A DNA stretch of 64,000 nucleotides, taken from NCBI GenBank assembly GCA_018992685.1, contig JACVGT010000002.1, forward strand, positions 16,294 to 80,293, given 5' to 3'. Every line of letters begins with the position of its first letter. Within the stretch, counting starts at the first letter, position 1. This stretch comes from Theionarchaea archaeon (GTDB lineage: Archaea; Methanobacteriota_B; Thermococci; Methanofastidiosales; SZ-28-30). Position numbers and translations under genes: made by a program. The notes beneath the pieces were generated by a model. That model worked only from the letters and a program-made list of their open reading frames with translations. It ran no database searches and was not told where the DNA came from. Below are positions 28,320-38,335 of the stretch, in pieces.

Positions 28320-28724
28320 ATGAATGATCAGGAACTGATGAGCGCAGCGAGAAAGGCAGTTGAAACCTCCTACTCCCCATACAGCATGATTCAGGTAGGT
28401 GCAGCCCTGATAACCAAGGGTAATGAAGTTTTCACCGGCTGTAACGTCGAAAATGTCTCCTACTCACTTTCCATGTGCGCAGAGAGGATTGCTGTCTTCA
28501 CCGCGGTTCTGCACGGAATGAAACCAGGAGAACTCACGAAGATTGCGGTGGCGGGAAAGACCTCAGATGGCCAATGGCAGTCCTGTCCCCCCTGCGGGGC
28601 GTGCAGGCAGGTCATTTGGGAATTCGCTGAAAGCCCTGAAACTCCCATCATATACCAGGATAGAGAAGAGGTGAAATCTAAGTCCATTGGCGAACTGCTC
28701 CCCGATGGGTTTGACCTCAGGTGA
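28320..28724 (+). CDS. cdd: Cytidine deaminase
   Basis: YSPYS...VGAAL, GCNVENVSY, CAER, PCGACRQ. Confidence 0.93.
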   Translation: MNDQELMSAARKAVETSYSPYSMIQVGAALITKGNEVFTGCNVENVSYSLSMCAERIAVFTAVLHGMKPGELTKIAVAGKTSDGQWQSCPPCGACRQVIWEFAESPETPIIYQDREEVKSKSIGELLPDGFDLR

Positions 28725-28730
28725 TCCAGC

Positions 28731-29921
28731 CTATCTTTCATATACTACTTTACCTTTCTTTACTACCATGTCGACCAGGTTGATCCCAAAGTGGTATCCC
28801 ATGTGTTTGTAATTGGGTATATCCAGAACAATGATATCAGCTTGGGTTCCCACTTCCAGCGACCCGATGTCCTCTCTGCCTACCGAATACGCAGCATTCA
28901 CCGTGGCTGCTGCAATAGCTTCAGCGGGAGTCATTCTCATTTTTATGCAGGCCAGACTGATCATGAACTGCATGGACTCTGTCATACAGTTGGGATTGAA
29001 GTCAGTAGCTAATCCCACAAGGGCTCCTGCTTCAATCATCCGCCGAGCATCAGGGTACTTCCCGTTCAAGACAAAAGGTGTTCCAGGCAGCAGTATCGCA
29101 GCAGTCTGGCTCTCTGCCAGGGTCTGGATGCCGGCTTCAGTGGTGTTCTCCAGATGATCTGCTGACAGACACTTCAGGTCAGCTGCCAGTTCAGCCCCTC
29201 CAGAAGAGAATTCATCCACGTGCAGACGAGGACGCAACCCATGATGTCGGGCAGCCTCAACAATCTCTCTTGTCTGTGCAAATGAAAATACTCCTTCTTC
29301 ACAGAAAACATCCACAAATTCTGCCAGTGGAGCTGCATGTGGAAGGATATTCTCAATTACGTACTGCGTATAGTCTCCAGAGTACCCTTTTGGTACAGCG
29401 TGGACCAAATAAGTAGGTATGCGTTCGACACAGTGCTCAATCTCGCCAATGCATTCCAGTGATTTGACTTCTGTTTCCAGATCAAGGCCATACCCTGACT
29501 TTGCTTCAATCGTGGTGGTTCCGTACTGCAGCATGCGGGTCAATGTCTTCACTGCACGCTTCTTCAGTTCCTCTTTGGTGGCCTTCCGTGTCTTATCAAC
29601 GGTATAGTAGATTCCTCCTCCAGCTTTCATAATTTCCATGTATGGCTTCCCTTCAATCTTCATTTGGAACTCTTCTTCACGAGTTCCATCGAAAATCAAG
29701 TGAGTATGGGGGTCTACAAATCCTGGCATGACTACTTTTCCCTCTGCATCAATGACCTCTCCTGCACAATCAATGCGTGACGACTTTCCTACTGCAGCTA
29801 TGGTCTCTCCTTCTACAGCGACTGCACCCTTCTGTATGATAGACAGGTCTCTCATTCTCTCTTTTCTTCTGGGTCCACCTCTTAGCGTGAGGAGCTCTGA
29901 TGCATTCTTGATGACGAGCAT
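28731..29921 (-). CDS. hutI: Imidazolonepropionase
   Basis: PGFVDPHTH, GGGIYYTV, EAKSGYGL, DVFCE, SADHL, ATDFNP. Start ATG 29921 after GGTGG. Confidence 0.93.
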   Translation of the reverse strand: MLVIKNASELLTLRGGPRRKERMRDLSIIQKGAVAVEGETIAAVGKSSRIDCAGEVIDAEGKVVMPGFVDPHTHLIFDGTREEEFQMKIEGKPYMEIMKAGGGIYYTVDKTRKATKEELKKRAVKTLTRMLQYGTTTIEAKSGYGLDLETEVKSLECIGEIEHCVERIPTYLVHAVPKGYSGDYTQYVIENILPHAAPLAEFVDVFCEEGVFSFAQTREIVEAARHHGLRPRLHVDEFSSGGAELAADLKCLSADHLENTTEAGIQTLAESQTAAILLPGTPFVLNGKYPDARRMIEAGALVGLATDFNPNCMTESMQFMISLACIKMRMTPAEAIAAATVNAAYSVGREDIGSLEVGTQADIIVLDIPNYKHMGYHFGINLVDMVVKKGKVVYER

Positions 29922-30012
29922 GATTCCACCTACAAACCAGGTACCTATAACAGTTTTGCCGGAGCCAAAGCCAGAGATTCGATCATCTGCAGATGTGACT
30001 CTTCCAGCAGAG

Positions 30013-30576
30013 TTACACCTTCGTGGTCTCGGGCATGAATTCATTCTCCAGAATGCTCATCATGATAAAATCATGATAGTGATGGTCGTAGTAGTACCCA
30101 TCCCTTTGAATACCTTCCGTTTCGAACCCAACTTTCTGGTAGAATTGTACCGCTCTCTCGTTGAAGCCTACCACCCCAACAGCTACCCTGTGGAAATTCA
30201 AGTATCCAAACGCATAGTCAAGCAGAAGGAGTATGGCTTCTGTCCCGTATCCCTTTCCCCAGCAATCTTTCTCTCCAATAATGAGTGTTAGATCCGTAGT
30301 CCTCCAGAAATGGAACATTCTCAAAAGGCCTGCTTCTCCGATGACGCGATCATTTTCTTTCAAGACTACAGAAAACCATACTCTCTCTTTTTCGGTGGAT
30401 ATCTTTTTCAAGAATTCTGTGGCCTGGCTCATGTTCATGGGCAGAACCTCACCAGTTAGCTTCCGTATCTCAGAATCATTTGCCCACTGACACAATAGCG
30501 GGAGGTCATCTGGCTCCATGGCTCTGAGGAAGATTTTTTCTCCCACAAGAAAAGGATTATGAATGTTCTCTGACAT
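30013..30576 (-). CDS. RimJ/RimL-type GNAT N-acetyltransferase
   Basis: IFLRAME, WGKGYGTEA, NERAVQFYQKVGF. Confidence 0.88.
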   Translation of the reverse strand: MSENIHNPFLVGEKIFLRAMEPDDLPLLCQWANDSEIRKLTGEVLPMNMSQATEFLKKISTEKERVWFSVVLKENDRVIGEAGLLRMFHFWRTTDLTLIIGEKDCWGKGYGTEAILLLLDYAFGYLNFHRVAVGVVGFNERAVQFYQKVGFETEGIQRDGYYYDHHYHDFIMMSILENEFMPETTKV

Positions 30577-30860
30577 GGATTCCCCTTGATTGCTGTACAA
30601 AAAAACCTTTAGTTCGTCACGTCAGCTATGCCTGATGACCCACATTGTAGATCAATACAACCGTAATCTCCCGGTTCTTTGCTGTTCACCCCTGAAACCC
30701 TTGACACTCTTTGTGGATTCTTTTCTTGAAATTGCTCATTCGATTCACGGTGGATAATTCTGGAGCACAAGAAAAACACTGGACGATTCTCAAGGGTTGT
30801 GACCTCCATCCTAGCAGGATGAACCAGAAGAGTCATATATAGTGGTGGAGAATATGCTGC

Positions 30861-31907
30861 ATGAAGAACAGGTTACGTGTGATCACATTCATTTTGATGG
30901 TTCTCGCGGTGGCAGCCGCATCTGATTTGTCTCTTGTACAAGGAGATTCTGTGGGAAAAAATGTGCCCAGAGAAGACAGATGGGGAATATACGCTTTAGA
31001 TCTTGCCACTGAGGAGATTTCTTTAATTTACAGCTCTCCCATGAAGATATCTGGACTCCAATTGAATGGGAAGGGAGATACTTTTGTCTTTTCTCAGGCA
31101 TTCGGTGATGCGAGTGGTCAGGAGGAGATTTGCAGCATACGAAGTGATGGAGAAAACGTCAGAAGATTGACCAACAACACTCTCATGGATACGTATCCTT
31201 GTTGGTCACCTGATGGCAAGAAGATTGCATTTCTTTCCTTCAGGGATACTCTGGACATCTATGTCATGAATCAGGACGGGAGTGAGGTGACCCTCCTGTA
31301 TGATTCGGGCTCCCATGACGGGGACATCCACTGGGCTGGTGAGACTATTGTCTTTACCAGGGACAACCGGATATGGATGATGAACCAGGATGGAACAGGT
31401 GCCCGTCCTGTAACTGATCCACCCCGTGCAGGGGAATGGGGAAAGGCTGTCCTTCCTTTTGGAGATTACGATCCCCGACTGAGTCCTGATGGTAAAAGAA
31501 TTGTCTTCGAACGGTTGGTTGATGATGAGACTCGCCACGGTAACTACAATCTGTACTGCATCAGTATTGATTCTTCTTCAGAACAGGCCCTGACCTCCAC
31601 AGGGTACACTCAGGGAATGGCAACCTGGTCTCATGACGGAAGCAGAATAGCCTATGTGGTCACAGCAGTTGGAGAAAAGGGCGTATACCGCATCTACATG
31701 ATGAACGCGGATGGAACGGACCAGAGTGATGTGACGCCTGAGTACTTCCCCGAGGCATTTCTCTGCCATGCAGGATGGTTTTCCCCTGATGACACGGTCT
31801 TCTTCTTCGTGGGAGAATGGTGGGAAGGAGAATCGGCATGGGGGATAGGGTTGACAGTAGCTGGATTGCTACTGTTGCTGATAATGAGGACTCATCTCGC
31901 ACGATGA
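30861..31907 (+). CDS. Secreted TolB-like beta-propeller (PD40 repeats) with C-terminal TM anchor
   Basis: Signal peptide; WSPDGKKIAF, LSPDGKRIVF, WSHDGSRIAY, IYMMNADG repeats. Confidence 0.85.
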   Translation: MKNRLRVITFILMVLAVAAASDLSLVQGDSVGKNVPREDRWGIYALDLATEEISLIYSSPMKISGLQLNGKGDTFVFSQAFGDASGQEEICSIRSDGENVRRLTNNTLMDTYPCWSPDGKKIAFLSFRDTLDIYVMNQDGSEVTLLYDSGSHDGDIHWAGETIVFTRDNRIWMMNQDGTGARPVTDPPRAGEWGKAVLPFGDYDPRLSPDGKRIVFERLVDDETRHGNYNLYCISIDSSSEQALTSTGYTQGMATWSHDGSRIAYVVTAVGEKGVYRIYMMNADGTDQSDVTPEYFPEAFLCHAGWFSPDDTVFFFVGEWWEGESAWGIGLTVAGLLLLLIMRTHLAR

Positions 31908-32016
31908 GATGCAAAAGCGACAGGATACAACCGAGAAACAGAACGCATTCTAAGAAAAAGAAAAGGGAATACTTCCAGTGTATCTAACTCTGTGAATTCC
32001 TGATTCTCTAGACCTT

Positions 32017-33693
32017 TTAATGGACAACCCAGGGCAGCTTCTCGGGTGCAATCTCATGGAGTCTCATGGTGTGAGCATCAATAAAAGTTGGCTCGTCGGT
32101 CTTCAGTGCCATTTTCAAGGCTTCTTCAAATTCCCTGTCCGTCTCTGCAACAGAGGATGACAATCCCAGTGATTCTGCAACACCATCGTACTTCACCTCA
32201 GGCAAGTCCACTGAGAGGTACTTCTGTTCCTTCCGGTATTTCAAGTGGACCTTTATCCAGCCATACTCATTGTTATGGAAGAGAATGACCACAGCAGGAA
32301 TCTGTTCTCTCGCCACACTGGCGAGTTCAGCCATGCTGACCAACATGCTTCCGTCTCCTGTCAAAGAGATGATCCGCGACGAGGGACGTCCTTTATGTGC
32401 CCCTACGGCGCCCGGGATGGCATACCCCAGAGAACCAAACGCTCGGGGACTCAGGAACATCCTTCTCGCTCTGGAAGGATAAAATGAGGCAAAATACGGG
32501 GTAGGTGTTCCTGCATCAGCAACCAGAATCACGTCCTCAGGCAAAAGCTTCTTACATGTTTTCACAACAGTCAGAGGATGTATGGATCTCGAAACACTCG
32601 GATCTGCCAGTTCAGCTTCTTTCCATGCAGTGATGGTTTCATTCAGCCTTTCACTTCTTCCTGCATCTTTTCTCATTTTCGTCTCCAGCCCTCGTACCAG
32701 AATCTCTAGGACGCTTCGTGCATCTCCCACCAGTCCGCAGCTCACATCGTAGTTTCTCCCTATCTCTTGAGGATCAATGTCTATTTGGATGATCTTTCTC
32801 CTTCCATCATTTGGAGGTGTGTGCCAGTGACTGGTGACGACAGAACCCGTCTGTGTTCCTACAAAGATCACCAGATCGGCCTCATTCAACATCACATTCG
32901 CAGCAGGACTTCCTCCATTCTCTCCCACCACTCCCGCGCTGAGTGGATGTTCCTCATCCATGCTCCCTTTGCCAGTTATGCTGGTTCCCACCAGGCTGCC
33001 CGTGATCACAGCAAACTCCTCAAGTGCCTCATACGCCTGGGAAAGGTGAATACCTCCGCCTGCCACCACGAAGGGAGTCTCCGATTCCATAATGATGTTC
33101 AGTGCTTCACTTACATCATCAGTGGAAGGACAAATCCGGACTGCAGGAAGGGATGTATACAGCCTTCTGAATGCTTTCCTTTCTGCAGAACCCTCACAAC
33201 CAAGAACATCCATGGGAAAACTGATGTGGACTGCTCCTGGCTTTCCTGTGGTGGCTTCTCTGAAGGCATTTCTCACTGTTTCAGGTATCTTTTCCGCCTG
33301 AGTAACTACCGTGCTCCACTTGGTAGCATCTTCGAAAAAATGCACCTGATCCATTTCAGTGAGCACGGCCTTTCCTTTCCCTGCAACTGGTATGTCTGTG
33401 TTTATGGCAACCATTGGCAGTGATGAATAATGAGCTTCATACAACCCAGGTATAATATACGATGCTCCTCCGCCGGAAGGTCCTTCACACACGCCCGGCC
33501 TGTTGGTGATCCTGGCATAGGCATCTGCCATGTATGCTGCATTTCGTTCATCGGTGGCCAACACGTGGCAGATTTCATCCTCCGCATCATACAGGGCCTC
33601 GTAAAGATCCAGGCTGGTATCTCCTGGCAGTCCAAAAATGTACCTCACTTCGTGCTCTATCAACGATTCAACCAGAAGTGCAGCTCCTTTCAT
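32017..33693 (-). CDS. Thiamine-diphosphate enzyme, acetolactate-synthase-like
   Basis: IFGLPGD, DERNAAYMADAYAR, GKPGAVH, TGDGS...HNNEYG TPP motif; divergent from the SSS operon. Confidence 0.88.
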   Translation of the reverse strand: MKGAALLVESLIEHEVRYIFGLPGDTSLDLYEALYDAEDEICHVLATDERNAAYMADAYARITNRPGVCEGPSGGGASYIIPGLYEAHYSSLPMVAINTDIPVAGKGKAVLTEMDQVHFFEDATKWSTVVTQAEKIPETVRNAFREATTGKPGAVHISFPMDVLGCEGSAERKAFRRLYTSLPAVRICPSTDDVSEALNIIMESETPFVVAGGGIHLSQAYEALEEFAVITGSLVGTSITGKGSMDEEHPLSAGVVGENGGSPAANVMLNEADLVIFVGTQTGSVVTSHWHTPPNDGRRKIIQIDIDPQEIGRNYDVSCGLVGDARSVLEILVRGLETKMRKDAGRSERLNETITAWKEAELADPSVSRSIHPLTVVKTCKKLLPEDVILVADAGTPTPYFASFYPSRARRMFLSPRAFGSLGYAIPGAVGAHKGRPSSRIISLTGDGSMLVSMAELASVAREQIPAVVILFHNNEYGWIKVHLKYRKEQKYLSVDLPEVKYDGVAESLGLSSSVAETDREFEEALKMALKTDEPTFIDAHTMRLHEIAPEKLPWVVH

Positions 33694-34176
33694 GCTATCA
33701 CATTCCTCCTTTGGGGATTCCATTTAGAGACAGCCCCCTTAAAATGTTATTGCCATACTATTTTGGGAAATCTCCAGGTCAGGTGATCTGACAGAGACGC
33801 AGCAACCACCCATTACTGGAATCCTCACGAATCGCGAGGCCTCTGTGATGAAAACCTCCTTCAAAGCATCCAGCATCTCTAAGGAAACTCTGGAGGAAGG
33901 AATACACACCATCACACACTCTAATCTGCAAAAGAACCTGAAGAAGAGCATATTCTCATCTCCATACAATCATGCCCGGGAATTTTTCCATGTTCTCACA
34001 AGATGACCCCTGCTGATACCTTTCACTGAGTTTAATATAGTGTTACCAGAATATTCTGGGAAAATTCATAAGAACTTCCATTCCCTCTGCTGAATGAGGA
34101 TGATCCTGACAGTAAATGCTGCAGGTGACACAAACACCATAGTGTCAAAACACAGATGAGGAAAGGAGGACTGAAA

Positions 34177-34434
34177 ATGAAGGATTTTTGGTTTGCCAAA
34201 AAGAAAGCAGTGACGGCTATGATTATCTATGCTGTCGTTTTCTTCCTGGTATTGTATGAATATCCAATGCTGGGTTGGTTCGACAGTCCAACGCTGACTG
34301 CTGGAATGCCTACTTTTGTCCTGTACATTTGGATCTTGAATGTACTGTACATTGTCTTGACTGGAGCTGTGGTCATGTGGATGTTCAAGAACGCAGACAG
34401 GATTGAGTGGAAAGGAGCACCTAAGGAGGGATAA
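34177..34434 (+). CDS. Small two-TM partner subunit of the solute symporter (DUF3311-like)
   Basis: Two TM helices with a GMP motif, AGGAGG RBS, immediately upstream of the SSS gene. Confidence 0.7.
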   Translation: MKDFWFAKKKAVTAMIIYAVVFFLVLYEYPMLGWFDSPTLTAGMPTFVLYIWILNVLYIVLTGAVVMWMFKNADRIEWKGAPKEG

Positions 34435-34436
34435 GA

Positions 34437-35954
34437 ATGGAATCATGGGTTATTGTATTGCTCGGTCTTTTTGCTTACATCCTGGTGGCAGTCTACATCG
34501 GGCTCAGAGGCTATAAGACCACGAAGCACACGCTGGAAGACTACTTCCTGGGTGGTAGAGGAATTGGCGTCATTCTGCTGTTCTTCACCATGTACGCCAC
34601 GTACCAGAGTGCCTACATGTATATTGGTGTGACTGGATTCACGTATACGCATGGTATTGGTATCTGGTACTCGAATGTGGCCAACCTGATGTGGGGATTC
34701 CTGTTCCTCTTGATTGCCATCCCAATGTGGAAGCTGGGAAAGAACTTTGGCTACGTGACGCAGGCTGATTTCTTTGCCGACCGATTTGGCTCAGAGATTC
34801 TCAGACTGATCATTGCCTTGTGGATGATTCTGGGATTGACGCCATACATTGGTTCTCAAGTTCTGGCTACTGGAAGGACTCTGAATACCATCTCAGGTGG
34901 TGTTCTCACTCTTGGCGTGGCTGCTGCCCTTTACATCATTACAGTGATCATCTATACCAGTCTTGGAGGATTGAAAGGTGTGGTGTGGACTGATCTGATT
35001 CAGGGTCTACTCATGCTGATCTTTATCTGGCTGGGAGTCTTTGTACTGGTGGGAAAAGTAGGCGGGTTTGGAGCACTCTTTGAGCAGATCCAGGCTATCA
35101 AACCAGAACTGCTGACCATCCCGGGTCCAAAAGGACTCTTAACGCCGCGTGCATGGTTCGGGTTCCTGCTGGTGGATGCACTGGGAGGAATCATGTGGAT
35201 TCAAAACTGGATGCGATACTACGTCGGCAAGACCTGGAGAACAATGGCAATGATGTCATTCTTGGTTCCAATCGGGACAACCCTGACATTCCTGCCCGCA
35301 ATGCTGATCGGGCTGTCAGGTGTGATTCTGGAACCCGGACTGGCCTCAGGAGACGCAATCTTCCCCACTCTCATGGTGAATTACCTCCCCGTGTGGGTAG
35401 TCATGGGATTGATTGTGGGTCTGTTCGCAGCGTCCATGTCTACGGTGGATTCACTGTCACTGGCATTGTCAGCCAGTATATCCAAAGATATCTACGGACT
35501 GATCAAACCAGGTACTGACGAGGCGAAGTTGGTCAAGATGGGCCGCTTCTTGATTATTGCCGTGCTGGTGGCCGGTGGACTGGTAGGCTATGTTGCTGCT
35601 GGAACGTACATTGTGGTTCTGTTGACCTTGCTTTCTCTAGGCTTGAGTGCTGTGCTGTTCCCCGTGGCTGTGGCTGGTATCTACTGGAAGGGCGCCAACC
35701 GGTATGGAGCTATTGCAGGTATTCTCGTTGGTGCTGCAGTGGGTGTCAAGACCCTGCTCATTGGACCTGAGTTCTGGCTGGGTGTATACGGTGGATTGTG
35801 GGCTGTACTAGCCTGTGCTGTTGCACTGATAGTTGTCAGTCTCGTTACACCACACAGTGAGAAGGAGAAGAGAGCAGAGAGTAGGATTTCTGAGGCCCTG
35901 GCCTCTCCCGTCATAACCATGATGGACGTCTCAAAGGACTACAGTGCGAAGTAG
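34437..35954 (+). CDS. Sodium:solute symporter (SSS) family protein
   Basis: DYFLGGR, YTSLGGLKGVVWTDLIQ, AASMSTVDS; many TM segments. Confidence 0.93.
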   Translation: MESWVIVLLGLFAYILVAVYIGLRGYKTTKHTLEDYFLGGRGIGVILLFFTMYATYQSAYMYIGVTGFTYTHGIGIWYSNVANLMWGFLFLLIAIPMWKLGKNFGYVTQADFFADRFGSEILRLIIALWMILGLTPYIGSQVLATGRTLNTISGGVLTLGVAAALYIITVIIYTSLGGLKGVVWTDLIQGLLMLIFIWLGVFVLVGKVGGFGALFEQIQAIKPELLTIPGPKGLLTPRAWFGFLLVDALGGIMWIQNWMRYYVGKTWRTMAMMSFLVPIGTTLTFLPAMLIGLSGVILEPGLASGDAIFPTLMVNYLPVWVVMGLIVGLFAASMSTVDSLSLALSASISKDIYGLIKPGTDEAKLVKMGRFLIIAVLVAGGLVGYVAAGTYIVVLLTLLSLGLSAVLFPVAVAGIYWKGANRYGAIAGILVGAAVGVKTLLIGPEFWLGVYGGLWAVLACAVALIVVSLVTPHSEKEKRAESRISEALASPVITMMDVSKDYSAK

Positions 35955-35974
35955 GACTCAGAATCTCTATCCAT

Positions 35975-35995
35975 ATTTTTTTATTTTTTTGTTTC
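35975..35995 (+). terminator. Oligo-T terminator after the SSS gene
   Basis: Two T7 runs ~20 nt after the stop codon. Confidence 0.45.
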
Positions 35996-36007
35996 TTACT
36001 ATAAAAG

Positions 36008-36496
36008 GTGATTTCAATGCAGAGAGAATTGTTTGACACGCTGTGCTTGTATGGACTGTCTGTTGGATATCCCAGAAGCTGGAAAATAATCATAGACTCA
36101 CGGCAGGTGACCTTCAAGGAGGGTAAGGTCAACGCACTGGGCAATGACATTCTCATGGGGGTTTTGTGGGAAAAAGTGGAGAAAGCCATAACCCTGGAAG
36201 AATATGAAGAACGGGTATTGACCAATCTGAAGAAAAAAGACAAGAAATTCAAGCTTATCAGGAAAGAGGTTGACGAGGTCTCTGGACACCGAGCGTTCAA
36301 GGAGACCATGGAAACCAGAGGGCGTTCCGGGTTCATCGGGCTACAGAAGGGAGCAGTTGAACACAACCACTGTATCTTCTTTTGTGAATATCACAGGCGA
36401 TTTGTCACCGTGTATGTGTCTCTGGTGCCCTCCTTGAGGACGGAGTATCAGTTTGTGATTGATGAGATATTCGATTCAATCACATGCATTCACTGA
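36008..36496 (+). CDS. Hypothetical protein (possibly PsbP/DcrB-like fold)
   Basis: GLSVGYPRSW start and FVIDEIFDSI end resemble PsbP/DcrB-like proteins; weak. Confidence 0.5.
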   Translation: MISMQRELFDTLCLYGLSVGYPRSWKIIIDSRQVTFKEGKVNALGNDILMGVLWEKVEKAITLEEYEERVLTNLKKKDKKFKLIRKEVDEVSGHRAFKETMETRGRSGFIGLQKGAVEHNHCIFFCEYHRRFVTVYVSLVPSLRTEYQFVIDEIFDSITCIH

Positions 36497-36622
36497 CCGA
36501 TGGAAACCCTGTGATCCGAATACACGGAAAAGGAACCTCAGAACGTCTATTCACGAATCGGAACAGGAAAAAGAAAGGAGAGGAAAGAAAATCTGTGCCC
36601 AAGGTCGAGAGGAGGTAAGAAG

Positions 36623-37597
36623 ATGGATAGCGAAATAATACAGATGATGGTGGGAGCCAAGAAAGTGATCAAGGAATGTGCCCAGACGAAGCCAGGCGAG
36701 AAGGTTCTGATAGTGACAGATACAGAGATTGAACTCAGCATATCGACTGCACTGGCTGCAGCTGCTTACTATGAAGATGCTGAACCCTTGATCGCTGTCA
36801 TGACTCCTCGAAAAGGACACGCTGAAGAGCCCCCAGCACATGTCAGGGAGGCCATGCTGGCTTCTGATGTGATCGTCACCCCCACATCCAAAACACTGTT
36901 CCATACGAAAGCCACCAGGGATTCCTGTGCCAAAGGTGCACGTGTTCTCTCCATGACGGGTGCCCTCCCCCGCACTCTCATGCGGGGAGCAATTACTGCC
37001 AACTTTGAGGAGATAGAACCCATCTGCAGGAAACTGGCTGATCGGCTAACCGAGGCAGAAAAGATACATCTGACCACACCAGGGGGAACAGACATCACAT
37101 CCTCCCTAAAGGGGAGAGTAGGACAGTTCGAGCCTGGTATTGCCAGGAACAAAGGTGATCTTGTGGGAGTGCCCGATATTGAGGCAAATATCTCTCCTGT
37201 GGAAGACACCTCCCAGGGGGTCTTCGTAATAGATGTGACAGCCACCGACTTCGGGTTTGTGGACGCACCCATCAGAATTGAAGTGAAAAATGGAAAGGCA
37301 GTTAAAATTGAAGGTGGTGTCATAGCAGAGCGCCTGAAGAACTTGCTGGAGAGTGCACATGATCCCAACCAGTACTTTGTCGCAGAGTATGGACTTGGAC
37401 TGAATCCAAAAGCAGAGCTGCAGGGGCGCATTATTGAGGATGAATCTGCTCTCGGTACAGCACACATTGCCCTTGGTGACAACATCACCCTTGGTGGACA
37501 GAATAGGGCACCGTTTCACATTGACCTCATTATGAAAGATCCCACAGTAGAGCTGGATGGCAAGGTCGTCATTGACCGGGACAAGGTCATGGTGTAG
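36623..37597 (+). CDS. M29 aminopeptidase-like / NicX-like metalloprotein
   Basis: KPGEKVLIVTD, TPGGTDI, AEYGLGLNP, EDESALGTAHIALGDN, HIDL. Confidence 0.8.
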   Translation: MDSEIIQMMVGAKKVIKECAQTKPGEKVLIVTDTEIELSISTALAAAAYYEDAEPLIAVMTPRKGHAEEPPAHVREAMLASDVIVTPTSKTLFHTKATRDSCAKGARVLSMTGALPRTLMRGAITANFEEIEPICRKLADRLTEAEKIHLTTPGGTDITSSLKGRVGQFEPGIARNKGDLVGVPDIEANISPVEDTSQGVFVIDVTATDFGFVDAPIRIEVKNGKAVKIEGGVIAERLKNLLESAHDPNQYFVAEYGLGLNPKAELQGRIIEDESALGTAHIALGDNITLGGQNRAPFHIDLIMKDPTVELDGKVVIDRDKVMV

Positions 37598-37605
37598 GTG
37601 GATAC

Positions 37606-38322
37606 ATGTATGGCTGGCGGTGCAGAATAGGGCTGATCATACCTTCAGATAACACAGTCATGGAGAGTGAATTCAACAAGCTGTTCAGAGACATACCTGG
37701 TGTGAGTGTCCACGCAACCCGTGTCTTTCTGGAAGAACTCACTGTGGAAACATTGTTGCAGATGAAAGAGGGGTTGAAGAGAGCATGCGAAGAGCTCAAG
37801 AGTGCAGAGATGGATGTCCTTGCCTATGGTTGCACCAGTGGCAGCTTTGTTAAGGGATTGCATTTTGACCAGGAGATCATCCAGGAAATCGAAGAAGAGA
37901 CCCAGATAACTGCCACCACCACCTCCACAGCAGTTATTGAGGCATTGAGGAAGCTCAAGGTCAACAAGATCGCTCTGGGAACTCCCTATTCTGACGAAAT
38001 CAACGAGAAGGCAATCCACTTCTTTGAAGGAAACAACATTGAAGTGACCAATTCTCGAGGGCTGAATGTTGTGCCTGACGTTGATGTTGGAAAGCAGGAA
38101 CCCTACATTGCATACAACCTGGGAATCAAAGTGAATACAGAGGATTGCGACTGCGTTTTCCTGAGCTGTACTGATTTCAGGACGGTTGAGATTATAGACC
38201 TTCTGGAAACCCGATTGAAAAAACCTGTCATCAGTTCAAACCAGGCCACCTTATGGCACTGTATTGCTCTGAAGAACCTGGGGATGACTCTCCCCGGGTA
38301 TGGGACGCTTTTGGCAGGGTGA
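37606..38322 (+). CDS. Maleate cis-trans isomerase / Asp-Glu racemase superfamily protein
   Basis: IGLIIPSDNTVME, YGCTSGS and LSCTDF (two catalytic Cys), PVISSNQA. Confidence 0.88.
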   Translation: MYGWRCRIGLIIPSDNTVMESEFNKLFRDIPGVSVHATRVFLEELTVETLLQMKEGLKRACEELKSAEMDVLAYGCTSGSFVKGLHFDQEIIQEIEEETQITATTTSTAVIEALRKLKVNKIALGTPYSDEINEKAIHFFEGNNIEVTNSRGLNVVPDVDVGKQEPYIAYNLGIKVNTEDCDCVFLSCTDFRTVEIIDLLETRLKKPVISSNQATLWHCIALKNLGMTLPGYGTLLAG

Positions 38323-38335
38323 AGAAGGTGTAACA

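Noticed and set aside
36623-38322. Nicotinate degradation (nicX plus maleate isomerase)
   Set aside because: Other nic genes (nicAB, nicC, nicD, nicF) are absent here and the family assignment is ambiguous with M29 aminopeptidases.
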